Below, one piece after another: positions 46,160-58,153 of a DNA stretch of 64,000 nt. The notes below the pieces were generated by a model that ran no database searches, had not been told where the DNA came from, and saw only the letters and a program-made list of their open reading frames with translations. This stretch comes from Babesia bigemina (taxonomy: Eukaryota), in contig NC_027220.1 of the NCBI RefSeq assembly GCF_000981445.1, positions 62,001 through 126,000 on the forward strand, written 5' to 3'. Position 1 is the stretch's first letter; the number at the start of each line of letters is the position of its first letter. The position numbers and the translations under genes were made by a program.

Positions 46160-46860
46160 CATCAGGGGATCTCATTGGAAGCTCTGACTCCGACTTCAAG
46201 ACTCACCCCTTCGACCCGTGCAACCTGTGCCTCAAGAGCCGGGCTAGGATGAGATTTAGAGACAAGGATTTGCCTGAGAATGTACAAACTGGCAAGACCG
46301 TTGCTACCATCCTCTCTCCCAGCTGCTGCGGCGGTAGTGACCCTTTGCTGACATTGTCTGCCTACCTCAATTGCTTAACCAGGCTGACGCCGAGTACCAC
46401 CGGGGAGCTGGTCTCGTTCTTTCACGATTTTGGCATAGAGTTGCACGGTTATGCTTTGAAGTCGTTGTCTCCACTGGGCATCTCTCTTTCCACTTCACAT
46501 CCCAACAGTCCCGAATGGGACCGTCTTGATGGCACAGGCCTAGATACTGTCTGTGGCATCCGTGGTTCCGAGTCTCTCAACGCAACGCATGACCATCTGA
46601 AGAGTCTACCTAAACAATTTGGAGACAACTTGGGTCATTTACATCGCCATCCACAATTGTTGCCAACTATCTATCATTCGCATGCCCTCAACCCCTCGTC
46701 TTTGACTACACGATTTTTCACTTCTTGAATGTTCTGCCATGTTCCCAATTGTTTCGACTCCCAAGGCGTCCTACTTCATCCACGTCACGACAATACTCGT
46801 TCACTGGAAGAGGATACTCCTACTTTGCTACGACATCGACTGCTTCAATGACCCCATGGG
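46160..46860 (+). pseudogene. Fragment of a large VESA/ves-like gene
   Basis: PFDPCNLCLKSR..LLTLSAYLNCLTRLTPSTTGELVSFFHDFG resembles the internal CL..RTP.T.GEL..FF motif of Babesia ves-like proteins. There is no start, and the frame degrades at the 3' end. Confidence 0.7.
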
Positions 46861-48247
46861 CAAACATTGTTACATCGTAATTATCGCATTTATGTAATCA
46901 CAGGTTGTTATATGATGGAATACAGTGCAGCAGTGATTTAATGTGCTGATGAGGCGTATGCAGTGGGATGTGTAATAGATTCATGAAACTGTCGTATATA
47001 CAACTGTGATATTACACACCTATGCCACCTCCACGGCAACACTAAGGTAATATAATAAAATAGTTCATGGCATAATTAATTCGTGAGTAAGATAGGTTAT
47101 AACCCATGCCTACAGCTCGGGAGCGCCATGCTGGGTTTGGGAACAGGCAATCATCCAGGTGGGTGTACAAAATTTGTATACTTGTTTGGGTTGCTATAAG
47201 CGACGTTTTGCGTCTTCATACGAATTTTTGTAATGCTGCGTCTGAATTCAGTGTCGTAGACCACAGAGGCATGTGTTAGCGCATTAGCATGGCAGACAGA
47301 TACGGTGGGAGGATGTTGGACCGAACTGGCGGAATCACCTTCCGTTAGAATTCACATCAGCCATATTGGCATAAAGTAACACTGTATGGGAACGTGGGCA
47401 ACCGAAGCTCAAGACTTCGGGCGTTTAGGGCGATAACAAAACCCAGGATTCCTTCAGGCTGATTCGCCTGGGCGTGGAGCCACAGGGTTTGAAACAAAGC
47501 ATCTGCAAATTAAGGTTTTACATTGAGCGCTCAAAATAAAGCATAATTCCACAAACTATGAAATGTTGGGACATTCACACACAACGTCAGCCTCGTACAC
47601 ACTAGTCCCAGACACGGCAGTGCGCTGGATTCCATAGCAACCACATATCACAGTTGACATCAAGAGTGGCTTGAGAAGAAGGCGATCACATATCATAGCG
47701 TGCAGTTCTTATGTGTCAGTATGCATTCGCAATCAAAGTTGCTGCAAGCACTGAAAGCAATAAACAATTACGCCAATCACGGAAGGCGGTAGAAGCAGTG
47801 TATACATGCCTCATCAGGTGACTGCTGTCTTGATAATAAGAAGGCACTATTAGACTATATTAACGCTGCGAAAAGCTATTTGCAACCCATGGTAACACTT
47901 TAACCTTCAACGTCTGTTAAAACTTGCAACGACACTTATAAGCCTAGTATGGGCGACTAGTGCCGCACATATACGCTTACAATGACTCGCGATAGTTGTA
48001 CTGCATGCCGCGTCAATGGTATCGAGATCGAAGAGCTGGGGCATCTGTGTAGTTCCTTCCTTTACCATAGGTATCTTTGGCATATCTTAATCTTTCTAAA
48101 TTTAAATTAGAAGCCTATTTATTAGGTTTAAGCTGCACTTTGGCATTGCGTACTGTTGAATACATATCGTATTTTTGCAGATCGGCCTGCAAATAGACCA
48201 AACTCCATTGGGGAATAGTAGCTGCATAGTTAAACTCATTTTTCAAA

Positions 48248-49213
48248 ATGGTGTACACTTCGTTGACTGAAGCTCCTCATAACCTCAAGGAGGGTATTGA
48301 CTGGTTAATGGCTCTTAAGGGAACTAGTGGCGAGAACACCTTGATGCATATGGTTGGCACAATTCACCATCTATTCTCAGATCACTCTGCTGGAAATAAT
48401 CCGTTGCCGTCTCTCGATAAAATTAAGAGGATTTCTAAAAAATTTCTAGAGAAGCCGGAGCTGAGAGATAATATGTTAGTGAAAAAGGTGCTGGAAAAAT
48501 TTAACCCTGTGGATGGAACCGCAAATACAGGGTTTAGGCGCTATTGGCATAAACAATTTGATGAGTATGGACGCGTCGTAGGAGTCAAGGGTGCCAAACC
48601 TGAATACATCGAAGAGTGCTTAAGCAATGTTATGGATGGTTTTGAGAAGCTCTTGGATGATATCAAAAACCCTGACCAGTACGAGTCTGCTTACAGTGCA
48701 GAAGCAACGTGGGAAGCATCCTGCGCAAAGAACCCAGAAGATTGCGCTGTAATTCTCGTGGGTATTGCTCCAATGCTGTACGCAGGGTTAATATCTCTAT
48801 GGGGTACAAGCGAATCTAAAACTGGAGAGTTCCACCGGTTCGCGGGGTCAAGGAGCTTTGGTGAGGTGTTGAGAGCATTGGGTTACGTACAGCCTCAATG
48901 CCGCGCTGACATAAATGGCTCGAAACTATTCAAGAATTTTGAAGGGTTGGATGACGATTTACTACATAATACGTATGATCTTGCCGGATTTGACGTTTTC
49001 TATGGATCGAAGAAAGCAGCTGTAAAATCTGGCAAGCTTGACAAGGACGCACAGGACAGAATTGACTTCTACGTCAACATGAAGCCCATTAACCCTCCCA
49101 AGAAGTATGTATTGCGCAAACAGCCGAATACAGTTTCTGCTATAGGCTCCAAGAACTTTTATTATCCGGGCGTGCCCACAGTGGCGAATTTAGACGCTGC
49201 CATCCCATTTTAA
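48248..49213 (+). CDS. Short VESA1-like (ves-related) protein, copy 1, with C-terminal extension
   Basis: MVYTSLTEAPHNLKEGIDWL N-terminus, YESAYS.EATW..SC..P..CA.ILVGIAPMLYAGL core, YDLAGF. Confidence 0.88.
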   Translation: MVYTSLTEAPHNLKEGIDWLMALKGTSGENTLMHMVGTIHHLFSDHSAGNNPLPSLDKIKRISKKFLEKPELRDNMLVKKVLEKFNPVDGTANTGFRRYWHKQFDEYGRVVGVKGAKPEYIEECLSNVMDGFEKLLDDIKNPDQYESAYSAEATWEASCAKNPEDCAVILVGIAPMLYAGLISLWGTSESKTGEFHRFAGSRSFGEVLRALGYVQPQCRADINGSKLFKNFEGLDDDLLHNTYDLAGFDVFYGSKKAAVKSGKLDKDAQDRIDFYVNMKPINPPKKYVLRKQPNTVSAIGSKNFYYPGVPTVANLDAAIPF

Positions 49214-51604
49214 TGGCCATTTATCTTACAGATCTATGCCAAATAAGTTATTCTTTCACTGCGTTTGTTAATTATGTATTGATTTAACTGAGTCCTGTCC
49301 GTCATTCACCGCCCATTGTTGTAAAGATGCTAACCGATATACCTAATAAGCACCCTAGTCGACAACTTAGTAGGCGTATTAACACAGCGTAGTAGTGGCC
49401 GAGATGTAGGAATGGCTGCTGTGACACCGTCATCGCAGAAAGCGCTGGAAATGTGTGATACTCCATCTGGATTCCTCAGAAATACAATCGCCAACGTGCC
49501 AATTGCAATTATCAACCAAGACATTTTGCAGGGACACATAGATACACATGTAAAGTGGGAGGACCTGATGGAGATGGATTTCAACTGTAGGACTTTTCAA
49601 TTTGTTGTCCTATGTGATCAGTGACATTAGATCCAGCTAAGCTTATTGTTCCGTTAACAACCCTCTACCCTAAACTTGATGGACGCCCGCATGGATGACA
49701 CCAGTTACGATCGGCAAAGGACCGACGTGGAACCCGCAACCGGTATCAGCGTGAGGCGGTAGCCCCGCGAAATCGAAAACCGGGCCTAGCCACATAGCAC
49801 ATTATAAAATGTGAAAACACAATGATAATGATAGAACAAACGCAATAATAAAGAATAAACCATATGTTTCGGTATAAGATGTGTATTTTGCAAAATGACT
49901 TGGCGTTTCATGTTGATGTGGACAAAGTAGGGGATCGACCGTTGCTCATTAACCACGTTTTGGCAATGTGAACTGTATATGACTTTGCGATCATTATACG
50001 TCAAGTAACCTGATTTGTTGGGCAAAAAAGTATACCAAAGGCAACTGAGAACAAATCGCCTTTGTACGCTGCTGTTGCTCTATGGGTTTGTCTGCTTTAA
50101 TATGGCCAATTATAGTCGCATTTAGTGCCCAAATAGCCGTCTACGTTGGGATAAATCGTAATCTGAAAGCCACTGTCAACCCTAATATCGAACAAACGCG
50201 GAGTCGTGAGTGGGCTATTTCGCGAGATTCCAACATCATACCGGCGAACATTCCCAGTTTTGTATGGCGCGGATTACCATTTTAATCAGCTATTATAAAT
50301 TTGGCAGTGTTAATTATCAAAAAAAAAATTAACGGGCAGTAAGTGATGTTATTATGAGACTTTGTGCTGCTACTTATGTGGACCTGCGTCGCCGTGCATA
50401 CAGGGGTCAACATTAATGATATGTAGAATTAAGTGTTATATAACACATCTCCAAATGAGGATTAATTGCCGTGTATGTAATATGGTCAGGTAACTTACGC
50501 CGCTGGCTGTTCACACACTAGATTGCCCAGCGTAGCATAAGGCTGAAGTAAGAATCCAGATATAACACACCTTATTTGGAATGAGTTTCGGAGGCGCTGC
50601 GACAATAATGTGTATGTTTGACTCTTTTAATATGCGCTTATAAAGTCAAACTATCAATGGAATACCCTGAGGAAGTTACCCTCCGTTTAAGGCAAGCTAA
50701 TCTGTACTCACAAAACAAGTCCCTCTAACGGAATGGATTCCCTTGCAGTTCAGCAAGACCTATTTTGATGCCGTTGACAAATTTTGAGATCCTGATGGTT
50801 TCTATTAGACGCGGCATCTGGGCCACCAAGTTTGGGACGAAATATATGCGGCTTGAAGCTGGGACATTACTGCACAAACGAGCGCTTTACCCCTCAACCA
50901 GCGCGTAGTAATGACGCACATACACGGAACTCCGCGTGCGTATAGTTTTCGCCCCGAAGCACGGCGGCGTGCTGGATTCACCTACAACCGATAATCGCGG
51001 CTTCGCCCACAAGCGTTTGGAACGTATGTGAACCAATGTATAGTAACGTTCGGCTGTTATACGCTGACAAGCGTTACAAATAATAACGGCGTTCACTGAA
51101 AGCAAAAACAATTATGTTAATCACGGAAGACAGTACGAGGAGTGTATGCCTTGCCCATGTGACTGCAGTGTTGGTAACGGACAAGCTCCGCAAGACGCTG
51201 CGGGCTGTATATAACACTGTCGTCAACCCATCATATCATTTTAAACATTTCTGTGTCACCTAAAATGGTGCTAACATCTCCGGGTCCTATATGTGCGATT
51301 TTGCGTTAAACTTGTCTACCCAATGACTCGCGTACTGCATGTCGCGTTTGTGGTGTGGAGCTTTATAAGACACGACAGCTATGTTGTCACCATATTCCAA
51401 CGTCAATCCATACGGTGTACAGAAGGTTATTTGTAAATTTTAATTAGACACGCAGGTATTAGAAGGCGACGGTGCTTGCGTTGTGCTCATCTGCCATTAA
51501 GACACGGCTGTTTGAATACGCGGTCTGTTTTGTTAACAACCCTACAAATAGCCTAACAATTAACACATTTATAGAAGTCGTCTAATTAAACGAATCATTA
51601 CAAA

Positions 51605-52570
51605 ATGGTGTACAAGTCGTTGACTGAAGCTCCTCATAACCTCAAGGAGGGCATTGACTGGTTGATGGCTGTGAAGGGAACTGATGGAGAAAAGCACTTG
51701 AAGGCTATGGCTGCCGCGGTTCACCATCTATTCTCAGATATTTCTGCTAGATTCAAGAAGTCGTCGTCTTTCAAAGAAATAAAAAGCATTACTGAGGGCT
51801 TCCTGCAGAAACCGGAGATAAAGGACGATTGGCTCGTGAAAACCTTGCTGAGAAGATTCTATACTCCGGATAGTACCGAAAATACAGGGTTTAGGCCGTA
51901 CTGGCATAAACACTATGATGAGTATGGACGCGTCGTAAGAGTAAAGGGCACCAAACCTGAATTCATAGAAGAGTGCTTAAGCAATGTTATGGATGGTTTT
52001 GAGAAGCTCTTGGATGATATCAAAAACCCCGATGAGTATAAGTCTGCTTACAGTTCAAAAGCGACTTGGGAGGCATCATGCGCAAAAGACCCGGAGGCTT
52101 GTGCAATGGTGCTGGTGGGAATTGCGCCTATGTTGTATGCAGGTCTGCAATCGTTGCGTACTACAGCCGAATTTAAAGTAGGACCGTTTCACAAGCACAC
52201 GTCACGTAAGAATTTGGGGGACGTTTTGAGAGCCCTGGGTTACGTGGAGCCGGAATGCCGCTCTGGTATGAATGGTTCATATATATACGAGACTTTTAGA
52301 GGTTTGGATAAGGATTTAATTCATAATACGTATGATCTGGCTGGATTTGACATTTTCTATGCATCGAAGAAAGCAGCTGTAAAATCTGGCAAGCTTGACA
52401 AGGACGCACAGGAGATGATTGACTTCTACGTCAACATGAAGCCCATTAACCCTCCCAAGAAGTATGTGTTGCGCAAACCGCCCAGCACATACACTGCCAC
52501 CGGATCGAACAACATGTATTACCCCTGGCTGCCAACAGTGTTGGATATGGGTGATACTGTCCCACTTTAA
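51605..52570 (+). CDS. Short VESA1-like protein, copy 2, with C-terminal extension
   Basis: Same motifs and same length (321 aa) as copy 1; colinear at an offset of 3357 bp. Confidence 0.88.
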   Translation: MVYKSLTEAPHNLKEGIDWLMAVKGTDGEKHLKAMAAAVHHLFSDISARFKKSSSFKEIKSITEGFLQKPEIKDDWLVKTLLRRFYTPDSTENTGFRPYWHKHYDEYGRVVRVKGTKPEFIEECLSNVMDGFEKLLDDIKNPDEYKSAYSSKATWEASCAKDPEACAMVLVGIAPMLYAGLQSLRTTAEFKVGPFHKHTSRKNLGDVLRALGYVEPECRSGMNGSYIYETFRGLDKDLIHNTYDLAGFDIFYASKKAAVKSGKLDKDAQEMIDFYVNMKPINPPKKYVLRKPPSTYTATGSNNMYYPWLPTVLDMGDTVPL

Positions 52571-53500
52571 TGTGCCTCATCGTCTGCGGGATCTATTCTT
52601 TAACACTTTTATTAATATATGCTGACATACGTCCAATCTGTCATCCCCTCTGCCAATTGTTTTGAACCGCTAATCGATTTACCTAACAAACAATTTATGG
52701 ATAATGTAGTAGACGTATTAACACAGCTTATTAGTGGTCGGAATGCAGCGTTCGGTGCCATGACCACATCGTATCAGTAGACCGTGGAAACCTCGACGTT
52801 TTCAGGGTTCCAGAGTAACACCCTCATTATAATCGCTGACATATGAATTGCTAACAAGGACAGTCTAATGGATGCTGGCGCGCACGTGGACTTGCTGGAA
52901 AACCTGGGGGGGCGGTATTTCAACCAACAAAGTTCAAGGTGCTAACGTATGTGCCAGTGCAGAACATTGACGCCGTATTACATTATCATTCTATGAATAG
53001 ACATATCGTCCTAACAGGATAGACGCCACCGTACATCACACCAGTAACATCCGCCCACGAAACCTGCAGGCTGCTGCCTACACCAGCAGCGGGAGGCGGT
53101 GGCCTGGTAAAAGTGAAACATTTCCTAATACAGACGTAGTCCGATAGCGCAGTTTTAAACACAAACACATAAATTGTTAACCATTATTGCATACAACCGT
53201 GACATGCGTTTTGGATACTGCATGCTGTGTTCACGCTACGGATCTGGCTGCGACACGGAAGGTTGGTCATCGCAGCCCCTCGTTTCTTGACTTAAGTTGA
53301 GCACATATGGGTTTAAACATTACGACGATGCACACATAAATTACAAGGCAATAGCACAGTTGTGCTTATACGCCATGAAGGCGCACAGCTGGCGTTCAAC
53401 CTTCTGTTTAAATATGAAGTGTGTTCTGTAAACGACCCTGCGAACATACGAACAACGCACACGTCTATAGAAGTCGACAAACGCAGATGTACTTCTCGAA

Positions 53501-54262
53501 ATGGTGTACAAGTCGTTGACTGAAGCTCCTCACAACCTCAAGGAGGGCATTGACTGGTTGATAGCTGTGAAGGGGGATGATGCTGCAAACAACCTCATGG
53601 CTATAGGCACCGCAGTTCACAAGTTTCTTGCAGACAAGCCTGTTGGTTTCGCGGAAGTGCCAGCTCTGGAGAATGTTAAACGCATTTCGAAAGAGTTCCT
53701 GGGGAAGCCGGAGCTGAAGGATCAGTGGCCTGTAAACTTTATGTTGAGAAAATTCAATCAGCCTATGGACAAAAACCCTAATATCTTCGTGAAGATATTC
53801 GGAGACGTTGAAGAAAGCGATTATAAGAACGTCATACAGGACAAGAGTGTCAGTGCTGAAACCATCGCAAAAGACATTGGCGACGTTGTGAACTGCTGTG
53901 AACAGTTCCTGGAAAAGGTGAAAATCCCCGATCAGTATAAGTCTGCTTACAGTTCAGAAGCAACATGGGATGCATCATGCGCAAAGGACCCGGAATCTTG
54001 TGCGATAATCTTAGTGGGCATTGCGCCGATGTTATACGCAGGCCTAAATTCTTTGATGGCAAGTTGTATAGCTGCATTCTTCAGAGGGTTGAATTCTAAG
54101 GCGCATAGGCCTACCCAGCAGCTGCTGCAAGCTTTAGGCTGCATAGAACCGGAATGCAGAGCTGGTATAAGCGTGCCAAATATAATCATGGCCTTAGGGG
54201 GAATGGATAAAAGTGTAATGACTACAATCTACGACCTCTCTGGATTCTGGGCTTTCTATTAA
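53501..54262 (+). CDS. Short VESA1-like protein, copy 3, ending GFWAFY*
   Basis: Same N-terminal and core motifs; 253 aa. Confidence 0.88.
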   Translation: MVYKSLTEAPHNLKEGIDWLIAVKGDDAANNLMAIGTAVHKFLADKPVGFAEVPALENVKRISKEFLGKPELKDQWPVNFMLRKFNQPMDKNPNIFVKIFGDVEESDYKNVIQDKSVSAETIAKDIGDVVNCCEQFLEKVKIPDQYKSAYSSEATWDASCAKDPESCAIILVGIAPMLYAGLNSLMASCIAAFFRGLNSKAHRPTQQLLQALGCIEPECRAGISVPNIIMALGGMDKSVMTTIYDLSGFWAFY

Positions 54263-55174
54263 ACAAATATCCCGGTTGTACAAAATTTCACACATGCATT
54301 TACACCTTTTCATTGTAGTTGTCGCCAATTGGATGCACACTGCTCACACACAACGCTGCTGCAATCAGTTGTTGGCGAATGCGGTTCTGAACATCGATTT
54401 AATATTATTTGTGAAGCAAGATGGCGGTATCTTGTTCCAAAATTGCACCTTTTCATTTATGTATACCAGACAGACATCGTGCGGAGACCCGCGGCTTGCA
54501 AACCATGGTTTACGCTCAGCTATGCCTTCCCAAGTAGATTAGGTATAGGTGATGCTTGGATAAGCTCGGTAGAATGACGGTGACCAAAATTCATAACTCT
54601 TTGGTGTGAGACGTGTTAATCCCAGTATATTGAGTTACCTGACAACGCAGTGTCTCGTCGTAGTTACTTTTGGCCATACATTTTATTGGTTACTCCGTGA
54701 TGTAAACATAATCGTTGTACTTATTCGTGTGGACGATTTGAATCGCCTACTTGCTGTTCCACGTAAAACGACGATGGGTGACAGTGAAAGGGTCCACGGG
54801 GGCGACATACAATACCATCCGTAAATGAACAAGGCGTGCCCCGCAACCTACACAACAGCATGAGGCAGTGGCTCGGTAAAACTTACAGTAGGCCGAATTT
54901 GCGTATCCAAACGGCACGCTATTAAATGCCAACACAAAGATTTAAAATAAACTGCGTATTCCTCTGATCTAGGGAGTGCCATCCACCAGAGAGCATGTTG
55001 CCACGTGCCGTAGCAATCATCAACCAGGACAGCTACTGATAGATACCGTATGCCTAACGACAAACCTATAGATTTGCCCAGATTTTTTTTGCCACCCTTT
55101 TCTCGCGTCCCAATCAACGTATGTCATCATGCAAGGTATCAGCTTGCGCTTCATAGAGTATGAATAATTACATA

Positions 55175-57616
55175 TTACTGCGTACTCGTGTTTGTTGATA
55201 TCGGCCATGATGCGTGAGATATGGAGTGCGCAGCATTGGTGTTCACTAAATGCCACAATTCTTCAGCTACGTGTGGCGCGAATGGCGCAAGTAATTTGAG
55301 ATATATATTAGCGACATTTCTCCCCAGTTCTCCGCATTTGGCCAATTTAGGCATATCAGGGATGAATTTGAAGAAATCAGATACGGCTACATTAAAATTG
55401 TAATTTTCTATATCCAAGGTGATTTTTTCGACCAGTTGTTTCAGGCTGCCATCGACGCTTTGTTCATCCTCCGTAATGGTAATTTTAGTGAAAAAGTTAT
55501 ATATGCGATCTAGGAGTTTGGATACGCCAAGCAACCCTTTTTCCGACCATACCCTATCTTTGGCCACAGGCCCAAGAAACAGGAGATGCAACCTCAGCGC
55601 ATCTGCGCCATAGCTATCTATTATCGGGTCTGGAGAGACCGCGTTGCCTTTGGATTTGGACATCTTTTCCAGCTTTACATCGACTTTTTTGGTTCTATCA
55701 CCTTTCAAAACGTACACCCCTTTGTGTTTTATAACATCTTGTTCGCCAACTGGATGCCCATCTAACGTGAACGACGCATTTCTGACTATCCCATGAAGTA
55801 GGATTTTTTCGAATGGTTCCTCCACGGGTGAAAGGCCCATGTCGAATAGGACTTTGTTCCAGAACCTGGCGTATAGGAGGTGGGACACTGCATGTTCAAC
55901 TCCTCCTACATAGAGATCTACTGGCATCCAGTAAGATGCAGCGCTTTGCTTATAAGGCTCATCGGCATTGGATGGGTCGCAAAAACGCAGGTAGTGCCAT
56001 GAAGTTCCTGCCCACTGCGGCATCGTTTCGTAGTGCTGAGTTCCGGATTCAACAGGCAGCTCATTTTCGTTGACGGGCACATACTCTCCTTCACAACGTT
56101 TAAGAGGTATTGGTTCACCCCAATACCGCTGTCTACTGAAAATCCAGTCCTTTAACTTTAGATTGACAAACGGCTCAACATATGCGCTGTAGGCACTCGT
56201 CCCATCAGTACCGATAAGAGCTGTTTCAGTGACATAGTCGTCGGTATCGTCGGAGCTTGGCGATTTATCTTCAACCAAATCCACATTTCTGGTAACGATG
56301 CGACAGTTTATTGGCTGCGTAAATAGCAGCGGCGCGTTAGTCACGTAGACCTTAATTGGACACCCTGTGACGGGATTCCGCACTTCCAACCCAGTTGAAA
56401 CAATGGCTTTGTTCTCATGCCGTTCGATATTTGACATCCTGGCGGCATTGTCGACAAGCTGTTTCACCTGTTCGGTTGCGGATGGGTGAACGAAATCAAA
56501 CAGATTTGGCATATCGGTAGTGACCTCCAGGCGTTCTATACATTTAATGCGATTCATATCAGTTTCGAAACCAAACAAGGCGTTGCCAAATGGCGAATTT
56601 CCGTTTATTTCGAATTTGATTTTGTACCCATGTTCCAAACCTATCCACTTCTTCTGGGCCGCAACGATTGATTGTGGCCATTCTAGTGAATCCAGGCCCT
56701 CAACCAACCTTTTAGCATACTTTGTAATGCCCAGTAACCACTGCGGTGCCTGTTTGCGATATACCGGAAACCCCCCTCGGGCGGAAAGTCCATTTTTGAC
56801 CTCCTCGTTTGCCAGTACCGTGTTTAGTTCCGGACACCAATTCACCGTTTGCGTTGATCTGTACGCAATGCCGCGCTTATAGAATTGCAAGAACATCCAC
56901 TGCGTCCACTTGTAGTAGGAGGGTTCGCTTGTTCGTAGTTCACGCGACCAGTCGTAAGCGAATCCCATTCGCTTTATTTGCCTCTTGAAGGTATGAATAT
57001 TTGCATCAGTGACCTCTCTCACATCACGTTTCACGATTTCCGCGTGTCTTTCTGCAGGCAACCCGAACGAATCCCAACCGATTGGACAGAGGACCCGGTA
57101 TCCTCTCATCCGTTTGTATCGACATATTACGTCGAGAATAGTGTACCCTAACAGATGTCCTACGTGAAGTCCTTCTCCAGATGGATATGGTATCATGCAC
57201 AGACCGTAAAACTTGGGTTTCCCTTCCACTCCGCCAGAGTCGCGTCGCCGTCCTTCGCCAGCCTTCGGTGACTCCGTTGAGACACCCCGGTTGCAAAGCA
57301 GGTCTTCCGGCTCCTCAGCCTTAAACACACCATTTTCCTCCCAGTATCGTTGCCACTTCGTCTCCAATTGAACTATGTCGAGGGAAGAACGGCGTCGTCC
57401 TGGTTGCGGGGTCTGCGTTTCGCCTCCAGCGCCGAAATGTCGCAGCACGCGTTTTTCCGCGGATCTTCCGGGCTCGTGACGAAGTTTCCAGCTGCACACT
57501 CCGCAAAGGTGTGACAAAATCACCAATAGCAGCAGTGAGAATCCACTTAACGAATTGAAGGAATTTCTGACAACCGCTGCGTCAATAAGCGGCATAGTGG
57601 TCTTGTTGCTGAGCAT
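55175..57616 (-). CDS. LeuRS: Bacterial-type leucine--tRNA ligase with an apicoplast-type leader
   Basis: PYPSGEGLHVGH, GWDSFGLPAE, DWIFSRQRYWGEPIP, YVGGVEHA, KMSKSKGN; hydrophobic signal followed by a basic transit peptide. Confidence 0.95.
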   Translation of the reverse strand: MLSNKTTMPLIDAAVVRNSFNSLSGFSLLLLVILSHLCGVCSWKLRHEPGRSAEKRVLRHFGAGGETQTPQPGRRRSSLDIVQLETKWQRYWEENGVFKAEEPEDLLCNRGVSTESPKAGEGRRRDSGGVEGKPKFYGLCMIPYPSGEGLHVGHLLGYTILDVICRYKRMRGYRVLCPIGWDSFGLPAERHAEIVKRDVREVTDANIHTFKRQIKRMGFAYDWSRELRTSEPSYYKWTQWMFLQFYKRGIAYRSTQTVNWCPELNTVLANEEVKNGLSARGGFPVYRKQAPQWLLGITKYAKRLVEGLDSLEWPQSIVAAQKKWIGLEHGYKIKFEINGNSPFGNALFGFETDMNRIKCIERLEVTTDMPNLFDFVHPSATEQVKQLVDNAARMSNIERHENKAIVSTGLEVRNPVTGCPIKVYVTNAPLLFTQPINCRIVTRNVDLVEDKSPSSDDTDDYVTETALIGTDGTSAYSAYVEPFVNLKLKDWIFSRQRYWGEPIPLKRCEGEYVPVNENELPVESGTQHYETMPQWAGTSWHYLRFCDPSNADEPYKQSAASYWMPVDLYVGGVEHAVSHLLYARFWNKVLFDMGLSPVEEPFEKILLHGIVRNASFTLDGHPVGEQDVIKHKGVYVLKGDRTKKVDVKLEKMSKSKGNAVSPDPIIDSYGADALRLHLLFLGPVAKDRVWSEKGLLGVSKLLDRIYNFFTKITITEDEQSVDGSLKQLVEKITLDIENYNFNVAVSDFFKFIPDMPKLAKCGELGRNVANIYLKLLAPFAPHVAEELWHLVNTNAAHSISHASWPISTNTSTQ

Positions 57617-58153
57617 ATCGGCGCTCCGAATACGGAGGCAGATGCCGTGTATTCGACTAAAATTCCATGTCTGTAAATGTTCATCGACTGGTCAGCTTGC
57701 GACAGCCGTCGGCGAAGACATAGATGTATTGTCGCGCGCAATTTTTGCATCAGCCATTTTCTATTGAATGCAAGTTAGACGGATTACTTTTGACGGTCCA
57801 ACTTGATTTTTTGGGTGATGTGTAGCGTTTTCACAGTGGTGTGATTTCGAGGTGGTTTGTTACGTTGAAGGTCCTTCGTTCGGGCAGAGTTAGTTGCGTC
57901 GAGCTTCCACATTTCTGGCGGGAGCAGTGTGTCTCCGCGTATCGCTTTTGTGGTTACGAGTTTTCGAAGGTTACCTCGTCCCCTGTAACATTGGCGTGCT
58001 TGTCGAGACCACATCGTCGTGTCGTTGATGTGCGACTCAGTGTGTTACTCTGCTTGCAATCCTGTGTACAGTCTCGAAGTGAAGATCCTTGTGATCGTTT
58101 TTGACTGCATTTGGCGTTAAAGTCTATTTACATCCGGATTCTGCACCGCCAGT

